A stretch of DNA of 59,659 bases, counting the filler, from Pirum gemmata (taxonomy: Eukaryota), in the NCBI GenBank assembly GCA_002812295.1. It is 10 parts of 10 records of this genome, joined end to end, with 100 filler letters (N's around TTAATTAATTAA, not from the genome) between each part and the next. Parts side by side here need not be neighbours in the genome. Positions count along the whole stretch, not along the records: positions 48,501 to 54,007 come from PDIN01000511.1; positions 54,108 to 59,659 come from PDIN01000512.1; 8 more parts are not named here. One strand, written 5' to 3'. Positions within the stretch are counted from its first letter, which is position 1, and each line of letters starts with the position of its first letter. Below, piece after piece: positions 48,651 through 59,659 of the stretch. Under the pieces are notes generated by a model. The model searched no databases. It was not told the origin of the DNA and saw only the letters and a program-made list of their open reading frames with translations. Both the position numbers and the translations under genes were made by a program.

Positions 48651-49737
48651 CAAGGAAACTTTCTTCTTTCAAAAAACGCGCCCAGTATATATTCAGTATG
48701 TATTCCTTTGACATCGAATTTTCAGTAGAACCGCTTAAAATAATTGGAGCTCCTTCGTGTCCAAGTGTATTGATGCTGTTTTCTATTATCTTCATATACA
48801 TTTCATGGGTAGGTTTGTTTTTCATGTAACCAAAAAAAAAATTGGTATTTTCTTTATAATCATAGTCAATGTGGTCTGATTTAAAGCTAGACAATGCATA
48901 TAAACATATATTCGTATTAAATTCCTGTTCACCATTGATAACTACTACGAGCTTGCGACAAAGAGTATTAAATAAAGGAGTTGGTTTAAAGGAAGGAGAA
49001 GAAGTGTATTCTTGGCAAAAGTCTAAAATTCGTTTCAGTATGCCTTCATGAATAAAGGAGTTTTCGACTAACTCAACCAAATACAGGAAATCTTTTAATA
49101 ATAGAGCATCAGATACTTCTTGGTGTAATATTTCTTCAGGTAAAGCTGTTTTACTCTTGTGGTATGATTTAACAAAGCAACGTGTCAAATCCAATCTTGA
49201 AGCCTTAAAGTAGAATTTTTTTTAGAAAAATAGTGATCAAAGAAGGTTTTCCCTTGTTGTTGTTGTTGAAGTAATGAAAAAATAACAACCACAATTATAA
49301 ACACAGCCATAGTCATAATCAAAAATAAGAAACAATAAGAAACAATAATGTTAACCACAATGATAATCATAATGTCATTAACGTTAAAAATAATGTTAAA
49401 AATAATGAACACTAAGTTTACTAATATCAGTAAAAACAACAATGAAAAACACACAAAATAGCACAAGTAAAGATCCCACTCCTTATCTAAAAACCACAAA
49501 TATATATTTGTATATATAAAGGAGAAGCCAAAAAAAACTTACGTTTCGCAAAAAATGGTAAAATTCTAATTCGATTTTTCTAGAAAAAACAATTCCATTT
49601 TTATGTAAAAGAAGAAAGTTTTCAATAAAACCCATCAAGTCAGTTTGACTTCTGGAGGTAGACTGAATAGTAGAACGCAAATACTCTTCAAAAATAGCAC
49701 TGTATTGATTTGGATTTATCTTAAGTTTACGAATAAT
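48651..49737 (-). CDS. Two exons (49737-49543, 49203-48651) of an unidentified helical protein
   Basis: TAG|IIRKLKINP...HFLRN|GTAAGT joins AAG|ASRLDLTRCF... in phase 0; the second exon ends at a |GTAAG donor. Confidence 0.6.
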
Positions 49738-49948
49738 CTAAAAATCGAAATGTAAAACAATATACTTTTAATAATAATAAAAAAACCAAGAACGAAATAA
49801 TCAGAGAAGCAAAAGCAACAGAGGTAAAATGACATCTATTTTATAATCTAGCAAGTACAGCGAGTATAACAAGTATAGGAACCATATCAATCATGTTTGA
49901 GAAACGATTATTGGTAATAATAATAATAATAATATCTATAACTATAAC

Positions 49949-49987
<39 letters not shown>

Positions 49988-50030
49988 CAACAATAATATA
50001 AGAATTCCTTAAAAATCAATCAATATAATT

Positions 50031-51818
50031 ATGAAATTTACCTCAGCATGCTTACTATCGGCTTTTTTTTTAGGTCATAATGGTGTTAGTGCCATGAATA
50101 CCTATCAACAAGATGCTGCAAATTGTAATTTAATTGCTGATATTGTCTATCTTTTTGACCAGTCCGGTAGTATTGGTTGGGATAAAAATAACAATAATGT
50201 ACTAAACTTAGGACAAGAACGTATGTTAGACATGCAAGAATTTGTTCAATTCGTCAATGATGAAATTAGTATTGGCGCTAAACAATCCCACGCTGCCTTT
50301 GCAGAGTTCAACGTGGGTTACACTCAGCGTACTGATTTTAGGGGACCTGGAGCTTACAGTAAAGCAACATTAACAGAAGAATTATTTAAAATGGAATATA
50401 CCACAGCAGAAAATAAACCAAATATGAGAACACATCTAGGGGGCGCTTTAAGGCAAATCGACTATGGCGTATTTAAAACTGGGCGAAAAGGTGTACCAAA
50501 AATTATTGTCACTCTAACTGATGGTGATGCTAATGATGAAGATCCTAATGATTATGTCACTAAAGTTGCACCCAAATTACGTGCCGAAGGGTATACTATT
50601 TTAGCTGTGGCTATTGGTAAAGTTAAACAACAGGGTTTAATGGATCTAACTGGTAACTCTAAAAACATCTTTAAGGTTGGTAATTTCAAAGAATTGAAAC
50701 ACAAAATTCAACAATTGTCCAAGAGAATTTGCGAAACACCTCCTCCGCAAAAAGAACAAGATGATAGTTGTGATTTAATTGCTGATGTTGCTTATTTGTT
50801 TGACCAAAGTGGCAGTATCGGTTGGGATCAAAATGGTCAAAACAACTTAAAATTAGGTCAAGCGAGAGTGAAGGAAATGCTAATGTTTGTTAATAAGGTG
50901 AACAAAGAATTAAGTGTGAGCAATGATCAAGCACACATCGCTTTTTCTGAATTTAACACCGAGTACACGCCAATTGCCAGCTTTTCATCCGACGCTACTA
51001 AGGTAAAAACTAACTTGAACAAGTTGGAATATACGGAAAGGGAAAATCAGCCTAACATGAGAACCTTTTTGGGTACGGCTTTGAAGAAAATGGACAGTGG
51101 CTTATTTAAGAGTGCCAGAGCAGGGGTACCAAAAATCATCGTTACCTTAACTGATGGTGATGCTAATGACGAAAAATTTGGTGACCCTCAAAATGCTGTT
51201 TCTATAGTTGCTCCAAAATTGCGTGAAGATGGTTACATTATTCTGGCTGTGGCCATTGGAAATATTAAAGAACAAGGTTTATTAGAGCTGACTGGCGATC
51301 CTTCTAATATATTTAAAGTTAGCGACTTTTCTCAATTGGAAAGTAGAATTCAAGATTTATCCAAGAAACTTTGCAGTCTTAATTGTGAAACATCAGAATG
51401 GGCAGAATGGTCAACTTGTGAGTTACCTTCGGATAATTCCAACAACGCAAACAATACTTGCGGTATGGGTTCCCGAAGTACCTCCCGAGTTGTTACAAAA
51501 GAATCTGCCCACAACGGTTTGAAATGTCCCGCGTTAGATAAAACAGAAGAATGCGAAATCCCTTGTGCCCCCCCACCACCTGTAGAACCACCTGTAGCTG
51601 AACAAAACCCGCCGAGCTCTAACGCAGGTGCCATTGCTGGTGGGGTTATTGGTGGCTTAGCTGCTTTAGCTGGTATCGGTGCTGCGGCGTATATGTATAA
51701 CCGAAATGTTGCTAATCAAAGTCCAGACTTTGAAAATATCAAAATTGAACATCCTTCTGATAACAACCCTCTGTTTCAAAACGGAATGCAAAGTCACAGT
51801 AATCCTATTGCACAGTAA
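50031..51818 (+). CDS. Type I membrane adhesin: signal peptide, 2x vWA (MIDAS), TSP1, Pro-rich stalk, TM, NPLF tail; 595 aa
   Basis: Two DQSGS...RT...LTDG domains; CETSEWAEWSTC...CGMGSRSTSR TSP1; TM AGAIAGGVIGGLAALAGIGAAAY; tail DNNPLFQNGMQSHSNPIAQ. Confidence 0.9.
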   Translation: MKFTSACLLSAFFLGHNGVSAMNTYQQDAANCNLIADIVYLFDQSGSIGWDKNNNNVLNLGQERMLDMQEFVQFVNDEISIGAKQSHAAFAEFNVGYTQRTDFRGPGAYSKATLTEELFKMEYTTAENKPNMRTHLGGALRQIDYGVFKTGRKGVPKIIVTLTDGDANDEDPNDYVTKVAPKLRAEGYTILAVAIGKVKQQGLMDLTGNSKNIFKVGNFKELKHKIQQLSKRICETPPPQKEQDDSCDLIADVAYLFDQSGSIGWDQNGQNNLKLGQARVKEMLMFVNKVNKELSVSNDQAHIAFSEFNTEYTPIASFSSDATKVKTNLNKLEYTERENQPNMRTFLGTALKKMDSGLFKSARAGVPKIIVTLTDGDANDEKFGDPQNAVSIVAPKLREDGYIILAVAIGNIKEQGLLELTGDPSNIFKVSDFSQLESRIQDLSKKLCSLNCETSEWAEWSTCELPSDNSNNANNTCGMGSRSTSRVVTKESAHNGLKCPALDKTEECEIPCAPPPPVEPPVAEQNPPSSNAGAIAGGVIGGLAALAGIGAAAYMYNRNVANQSPDFENIKIEHPSDNNPLFQNGMQSHSNPIAQ

Positions 51819-52425
51819 ATAATAGCTTGTAATATTAATATGATATTTTAATAATAATAATAACAATAATAAAATAATAATAACAACAATAATAACAACA
51901 ATAATAATAACAATAATAACAACAAAAAGTTCCAGTTTTTTTTTTTTATTTTTTATTTTTTTTTTTTATGAAAAGGAAAAATTTCAACGAAAAGGAAAAA
52001 TGTCGACAAGTCCGAAACACCATAAAAGGGTAGGGATTTGTACGTCATTTGTAAAGCGAAAAAAACACCCAGACGATTCCTTGAACTGTTTATTTGCTGA
52101 AAATAAAAAAATTGCAACCCAATTCGATAAATAATAACAATAATAATAATAAACACAGAAAAAAACTAAAATAACAATAAATAACAATAACAATTAACAA
52201 TAACAATAAATAGCAGTAACAATAACAATAACAATAACAATGACAATGACATTAACTGCAATAACAATAACAATAACAATGACAATAACAATAACAATAA
52301 CAAGAACAAAAACAAATAATAAAATTTAATAACAAATAACAAATAACAAAATTTAATAATAATTATATAGTAACAATAACAATATAGTAACAATAACAAT
52401 AACAATAACAATAAAAAATAACAAT

Positions 52426-52458
<33 letters not shown>

Positions 52459-52977
52459 AACAGTAACAAAATAACAAGAACAAGAACAAGAACAAGAACA
52501 AGAACAAGAACAAGAACAAGAACAAGAACAAGAACAACAAAAACAACAAGAACAACAAGAACAAGAACAACAAGAACAAGAATAGTAACAACAACATTAT
52601 AACACCAACACCACTACCAACAACAACAACAAGAATTCTGAAATATTTTATTGGTGGGGCTGGGCCGAGTGGTCATTGGTGGCTTTAGCACTAGTTGTGG
52701 GTCTGTGGTACAGTGGACTACAGTGGTACAGTTACTAGCTAGTGAATGGTACTCTGTGTATATGAATAATCGTATCCTACATTCTATACGTTTTGAAAGT
52801 TCGAACTTATGTAATTAATAATTATAGACTAAATAAGTTTGAATTTTTTTTTTCGAACGCAGCTGGTGTCTCTAAAATCCCACTACCATATAATTGGTTG
52901 GTTAAAAAATTAGTTGATAACCAATTATATTCTAGAGATTATAGAGATCCACAAAAGAAGATTTTTTTTTAAACAGC

Positions 52978-53088
52978 ACCAAGCTGGATAAAAAATGGCA
53001 ACATCCGCCATATTATCTCAAAATGCTCCAATTTTAATGAAAGTACTACCAAATTTGTCTAACTAAGAAAACTCTATTATAACCCAGT
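52978..53088 (-). mobile_element. MITE family B, partial diverged copy
   Basis: Reverse complement contains ATAATAGAGTTTTCTTAGTTAGAC...TAGTACTTTCATTAAAATTGGAG. Confidence 0.6.
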
Positions 53089-53354
53089 GGCTAGTTTTTA
53101 AAAATAATTTGGCTAGTTAGCGTTAAATATTTTTTAAAAAAAACGAAGTAAAAAAATGATTTCAACAGTTTTATCCGATCAACAATAACAAGAACATTAA
53201 CAACTACAATAACAATAACAATAGTAATAACAATAACAATATCAATATCAATATCAATATCAATATCAATAATAATATCAATAACAATAATTAATATAAT
53301 AACAGTAACAATTACAATAATAATATTAATGACAGCTACCATAATCATAGTCAT

Positions 53355-53528
53355 ATAACCATAACCATAACCATAACCATAGCGCTACCATATCCATAAC
53401 CATAATCAAAACCAAAGCCATAACCATAACCATAACCATAATCATAACCATAACCATAACCATAACCATAACCATAACCATAACCATAACCATAACCATA
53501 ACCATAACCATAACCATAACCATAACCA
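53355..53528. repeat. (TAACCA)n hexamer array
   Basis: Long, nearly perfect run, one base from the telomeric TAACCC unit. Confidence 0.9.
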
Positions 53529-54007
53529 CTAACAATAACACCACAGATCCGTCCCTCCAACTTCTGGGCCCATCAGATGAACATTATAAGCTTTGAGATT
53601 TCAATCTAAGCCATTGAAATGACAATATAATATCATATAGAAAAAGGGTATGTTTTTTTTTATGTCATTAGTGAATGTTCCCTAGCTAGCTAGCTGCCTC
53701 AACTTCCTACTAGCTAGGGCTTCACTCGCTCTGAGTCATTCAGTAACAACTCTAGTAATAATACTCTAACGATAAAGGGATTATAAATAATTGGTTGGTA
53801 AAAATTATTTTTAACCAATAATCTGTTATATGGATATTTTTCAACAAATAGTAACTGATAATATACCACAGGATCTATAGCGGGCCCTTTTAATTGGCAA
53901 AGAGAACTTCTTCTGAAATCGTTCAATGTTATGAAAAAGATACAATAAATTTTTTTTAAAATATAATATATATCCATTTTATTTAATTTGGTATATTTTA
54001 TAATCTA

Positions 54008-54107
54008 NNNNNNNNNNNNNNNNNNNNNNNNNNNNNNNNNNNNNNNNNNNNTTAATTAATTAANNNNNNNNNNNNNNNNNNNNNNNNNNNNNNNNNNNNN
54101 NNNNNNN
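54008..54107. other. Artificial scaffold linker
   Basis: 44N-TTAATTAATTAA-44N. Confidence 0.95.
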
Positions 54108-55396
54108 TATTATTATTATTATTAATATATTATTATTATTATTATTATTATTAATGTTATTATTGGGTTTGCATATTATTATTATTATTATTATTGTTAT
54201 TGTTGTTGTTGTTGTTGTTGTTGTTGTGGAGCATACAAAATAACATTAATTAATTAATTAATACTAATTATGATATATTAATATTAAATTGATATTAATA
54301 CTCTAGTAGTGATTACTTCAAACATATAAGTAACAGAAACAAACAAAAAAATAGCGAAGAAAAAACAAATTTAAACTATGAAACTACCAAACAACCAAAC
54401 AACCAAACAACCAAACAACCAAACAACCAAACAACCAAACAACCAAATAACCAAACAACCAAACAACCAAATATTTAAACAACGTTAACCAAATAACAAA
54501 CACAACCAAACAACCAAAACAACCAAAACGAAAAACCAATTTGCACCAATTTGCAATAATTAATTATTAATATACTAACAAAACACTCAAACAAACATTA
54601 CATAGTCATTGCATACTCATTGCATCGAAATATCCAGTGGAAAGTGGAATTTGGAAATACCAACACCGATTTGGATGCAGGCCTCGGATGCTCTCCGATG
54701 AAAAACAGGGAAACGGGCAGGGGAAACGGGGTCAGCTTGTGTATCCTAGTCTCTTTAGCTAGCTAGCTAGGTCTACGATCACTACTACTAGCTAGCTAGC
54801 TAGAGGCTGTGTATCTCTAGCTATGATTATTTTTTTTGTTTCATTTCGAAAAAAGACTTTATTATAATAAATAAAAGACTTGTTTTTATACATCGGAGTA
54901 TGATGTGCGAAAACTACATAAATAATAATAAAAAAAAATAGATTTTTTTATATCATATCATTATCATATCGATATTATTAGGGTTATGAAAAAAAAAAGC
55001 AATGATATTTTTTAACTTTTCGTGAATCGTAAGTCTATATTATATTATTATATTTATCATTACCGGTATTCGATATTTTTTGTATAATAAAAATGAGAGA
55101 ATCATGATTTAATAATAATCATTTATTATCGATATATATATTATTATAAAAATAAACCACGAATCAGACGAATCACGGTACTAAGGGACAGTGGAGTTTG
55201 AGTGGACAGTGGACTGGGTTTTGCGTTTTTTCACCGTTTTCAGCTAGCTAGAGGTCTAGAAGACTAGACCCTACCGTTTTCCAACTGTGTACAATGCGGT
55301 CAATGCATCCCTTGGTGCTCTGTAGAACTACCGTGTGTGAGGACAAGATTTTGTGGTCAAGGCAAAGACTCTATGGAGTCTTTCCAAAGGTCAAAT

Positions 55397-55573
55397 TGTT
55401 TTGTCATCGATGTATCATAAAATATACAATAAATAGTACCAAATTAATACAATATGAACCATTCAATTTAATTTGGTGTCTTTTATTATCTATTCATTTA
55501 TTTAAAATGTCTATTTAAATATTATAACCCTCCAAATAAATATTCAGAGTGACAAAATAAATGAAAAGCGATA
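55397..55573 (+). mobile_element. MITE family A copy
   Basis: Family core plus right TIR GTGACAAAATAAATGAAAAGCGATA. Confidence 0.8.
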
Positions 55574-55689
55574 ATATCTACACTGGTAACTGGTCTACAG
55601 ACTTAAAAATTTTTAATTTATATAATATCATAACCAACCAAATAAATATTTGGAGTGACAAACTAAATATATTTGAGTAAAAATACCAT

Positions 55690-55946
55690 AATGCCAAACA
55701 AAATAACGTACAATTTTTTCTCAAATAAGAAGAAGGCAACTAAATATTAATATTAGTATAACTTGGTCAGGCTTTTACGTCCAACTTACCGTTATGGTTT
55801 AAAGGAAATGTATTTATAATAACAATATCAGATGTTGAGGAATCATAATATTCAGCAAGGTAGGTTGGAATTTTATTAATATTATAAGTTGAGATAAATT
55901 CAGATAATATAATTGTGTTTGAAGTAATATATCCTATAAGTTCAGT
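55690..55946 (-). pseudogene. Decayed NRPS adenylation-domain C-terminal fragment
   Basis: Manual translation ELIGYIT...LAEY/MIPQH/IVIINTFPLNHNGKLDVKA*P matches A9-A10 (LPxYMIP...LPLTxNGKLDRxALP), with indels and an in-frame TGA. Confidence 0.65.
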
Positions 55947-56452
55947 ATAATATATATATATCGGGATAATTATATTCCTATTAAAATAGCCTGTGCTCCT
56001 TGAGGCTTGACCCTTGAAGTTGAAGGAAATTTCAAGGAATGCTTTTCGCTCTCATAGGTCTACTAATAAAGGTGCACTAGTACTATACCGTAGTTTTAAA
56101 AAAATGTAACATTTATCAAATAGCATAGTTAAATTAAAGTTGCAATTTGTTGATTTGTTTCATATTATAATATAATACTTTGGTATAAGTAAATGATTTA
56201 ATTGTCATTTGGTTTTAGCTTGTTGTATATATATTTTTAGTCTATATATGATAAGTAATTGTATTGTTTTGTTGTAGAAATATTAGTTTTTAACCTTTGT
56301 TCCTAGTATTATAGCGTTGCAGTCGTTGTTGTGGATATTGTTGGAGTTGTTGTCTATATTCGGATTTATATTAATTAATTAATATATGTAATATTTTTTT
56401 TATGTAGGCTATAGCTATAGCTACTACGTGTACTATCAAATGATACTACCAG

Positions 56453-56640
56453 TATCGTGCTTTTCAGTCGTTTGTTATCATAAAATGTACAAAAAAGAGT
56501 ACCAAATTAATACAATATAAATCCATTTCATTTAATTTGGTATATTTTATTATCTATTTATTCATTTAAAAAACTCAATTTAAATATTATAACCAACCAA
56601 ATAAACATTTGGAGTGAAAAAATAAATGAAAAGCACAGTA
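56453..56640 (+). mobile_element. MITE family A, full-length copy
   Basis: TATCGTGCTTTTCAGTCG ... AATAAATGAAAAGCACAGTA. Confidence 0.85.
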
Positions 56641-58246
56641 CTAATTACAATGATAGTAGCCAGCTAGCTTGTAGTATTGAATAAATTTAAATATCACGAT
56701 GTTACTAATAACTTAATTATAATTATTACGTACTACTATTATAAAAGCTATTATAATAAATCATATATATATTCCAATTACCAATTACCATCTCATAGTT
56801 CGAAATATACTAAATTATTACAATATATTTCATTTAATTTGGTATATTTTATTATCTATACTAATAACTTATAATTATAATTATTACGTACTATTATTAT
56901 AAAAGCTATTATAATAAATCATATATTCCAATTATCAATTACCATCTCATAGTTCGAAATATATATAAAAAACAAACATAAACATGTAAATTTATTTATA
57001 AATTTATATTATATTATTAATAATAGATAGATAAATTTATAAATAAATAAAAGATTTTCTTGGCGTGGAGTCAATTGTCTAGTACGTACTACGTAGCTAG
57101 TTCACTGATTTTCTTTGATAAAAAAAATTACAAAAAATTAGTATTCATGCATGGATCATGTATGAATTTTCTTTTTTTATAATAATTATATAATAAGTCT
57201 TTTTGTGTTGTAATTGATTCTCCTGTTTTTGATATTATTTATTCATTTTGTTCTGTATTCCATAGATTGCAATTGTTGAGGTTGTTGATGTTGTACATGT
57301 TGTTATCAAAAATTTTTGCTTTGAGCTCGAGATGTTCTAAGTAAATACCATAGGTCCCCGAAGTTTTTATTAAAAAAATTTAATACTATTTTTTAAAATA
57401 TTAATTATCAGATACAGGATTGCACTGATTATTCTGCACCAAAGATTTATATATTATTATGCATAATAAAAAAAAATACGATTTTAAAAATTTTATAAAC
57501 AGCGGTCATTGAATCGGAAGTTACGGTATTTTGTAAAGTGTTTTTTTGTGATCATGCCCAAACAGGAAATTCCTTCTTGATCATCGATCGTCTCTACTAC
57601 TACTACTAGTAGTAGAGTACTAGCTAGGTCTAGTAGTACTCTCAAGTCTCTGTTTATAAAATTATCGATTGTGAACTTTTTTATTAATAAAAAACCGAAG
57701 TCCTAGCTAGCTAGTAGCTAGAACTGAAGATCACTGAACGTATGACAAAGTCTACTCGTCTACTACTACAACAGAATTATATAATAATTTAATTATAAAT
57801 AGCATATGCATTAATTAAATTTTATACTGCATTATAAATAAATTTAAAATATCGATAATACTTTTTTTTAATAACACATCGATCTATACATTTTGAGTTA
57901 TTTATATAAATAAATATTAATAAATATGACAAATAGTAGCTTTCCAGTTTAGAATAATAGATCGATTCATATACGCATTGTTTGTTTACAAGCATCCTTC
58001 TAATAAACAATTTAAAGGTCGCAGTATAGTATTCTGAGTATACAGTATACTTACTTACTACTGCGTACTACTAAAACCTGTATATCTATCAAAACATGTG
58101 CACTGTACACTTCTACTACTATGATACTACTACTATCGTCCAGTTCAAAAACTGAAATAAACGTAGCAAATTATTATTATTATGGTTAATTAAACTATAT
58201 GTATAGCTATCAGACGTGTTTTGATTAATTTGGTATTTTATACTTA

Positions 58247-58425
58247 GGAATCATCCATAAAGGACGTCACCCAATCTTACATATGCCTCTTTGTCCAAAA
58301 CACTTTTGGTCATAATTTTAAAGTTCATTTTTTTAATAATTAATTACTGCCTAAAACAGTTTAAGTCACACTTTCGAGCAATGACTTCTATGAAGGAATA
58401 AGTGAAGTCCTTTATGAATGTTCCC
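58247..58425. mobile_element. Tourist/PIF-Harbinger-like MITE, 179 bp, TTA TSD
   Basis: TTA|GGAATCATCCATAAAGGACGTCAC ... GTGAAGTCCTTTATGAATGTTCCC|TTA; TIRs match at 20 of 24 positions. Confidence 0.8.
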
Positions 58426-59659
58426 TTAATGTTGTATTTTATAAAAAAAATCAATTATTAAAATACACTTTTAAACAGTACCAAAATTGAGAGTACAACT
58501 AACTGTAATGCGATAGCTAGCTAGTAGTCTAAAAAGTCAAGTGTGGAAATTTATTTCATTGAATTTTGTTGTATTAATATAGCTATTAATATCTAGTCTA
58601 CACATTTTGTTATTAATACTAAAGATTTGTATTAATACAGTGTGTTTGGACGTATTTTTCAGAAAATGACATAGTTAATATTTGAGGGTAGGGTACAATA
58701 TTATTTATTATCAGAAACAAGATATTAATTGTTTCAAGCTCATCTTCCCCTTCACCCCGTTCTATCGAGTGTAGATATAATATAATACTTCTGTTTCTCT
58801 CCTTTCACCACATTCTACTTCCAACTCATCTCTTGTCTCATCAGTGTGACTATTAAAAGTATTACCAACGTCACAATCATCGCTATTATCATCAATGCAT
58901 ACGATGTTTAAATTTATATTCGTAAGGGTATAACTTTCAGAGGTTTTTCGAAACACTTCCTTATCATCTTTAATTTTCCTTTATAAATTCCAATTTTTCT
59001 AAAATTGTTTTAGTATTGCTAATTTATGCATGAGTTTGATTTAATATTTCATACTCCAAACACACAACATTAACTCTTAAATACTTTAATATGGTTTTTA
59101 TCATCGTATTATTAATGCTATTAGTGTCATAATCACTATCCAACGTTCCTTTTATTTTCTTATACAGCTTTTTAGTATCGCACAAATATGCATATGATTG
59201 CTATTAATAACTACGAGAGTTTTTACTATGTCGCTTAATTTGAGGCGGAAGGTAGAGTTTATAGGGTTTATGAAGCTGTGTAAACTGAAACCTAGCTACT
59301 TGTTCTTTTTACAAATGTTCCATAATTGTCATGATCATAAATATATATTCTTCTCGTGTACATCGAATATATAATTATAAGAGTACACTTTTGTGTACTT
59401 ACTTTGATCAACCTCCCTTATGTACTTAATTATATACATAATTAAGTACACAATTAAGTACATAAGGGAGGTTGGAGTTGAGGAAACTAAGTTTTCCTCA
59501 GATGATCTATTCTTTCTATTAACATGTACATGTTTACGAGAAAATTTCGTATGATATTCACTTGTTAATAAATATCTCATCCAACAGTGGTCCGTGCAAG
59601 GTGTAGAAACCGAAGTACTTCATGATTAAATATAATAATAATAATAATAATAATATATA

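Noticed and set aside
52655..52810. tRNA-like A box (GGGCCGAGTGGTC) and B-box-like GTTCGAAC
   Set aside because: Boxes are ~130 bp apart with no cloverleaf; at most a decayed SINE. No tRNA or rRNA genes were recognised anywhere in the window.
53326..53560. GY-repeat and MV-repeat ORFs
   Set aside because: Products of the (TAACCA)n microsatellite; no signal peptide or credible start.
58740..59580. Decayed protein-like frames on - strand
   Set aside because: Multiple stops and frameshifts with no motif I can assign.

Overview
Very AT-rich, microsatellite-laden eukaryotic nuclear DNA (standard code, GT-AG introns, TTAGGG-type repeats). The window is not one locus. Nine identical 100-bp linkers (44N-TTAATTAATTAA-44N, stops in all six frames) join ten pieces of about 5.5-7.5 kb, so adjacency across linkers is probably artificial. 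The organism cannot be identified from sequence alone; it looks like a unicellular eukaryote. Supported genes are an Amt ammonium transporter, a 3-exon QCR6/UQCRH mostly missed by the ORF track, a 2-exon type II GT-A-like protein, a flavin monooxygenase exon and several unidentified exons. Mobile DNA includes a two-ORF L1/Tx1-like retrotransposon, at least five MITE families and decayed LINE/Tc1 fragments. Highlights: (1) two intronless vWA(MIDAS)+TSP1 type I membrane adhesins with TRAP/MIC2-like ectodomains and rhomboid-type TM helices but integrin-beta/Sib-like NPLF-x8-N(P/A) tails; (2) a secreted His1 protein resembling oomycete AA17 LPMOs, fused through a Q-rich linker to a betagamma-crystallin-like domain; (3) a virus/phage fibre-like repeat gene fragment cut at ATATA at both ends and abutting a telomeric array; (4) a decayed NRPS adenylation-domain fragment; (5) pervasive CTAG/TAGC patches. 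All family assignments are motif recognition by eye and need HMM or structure confirmation.
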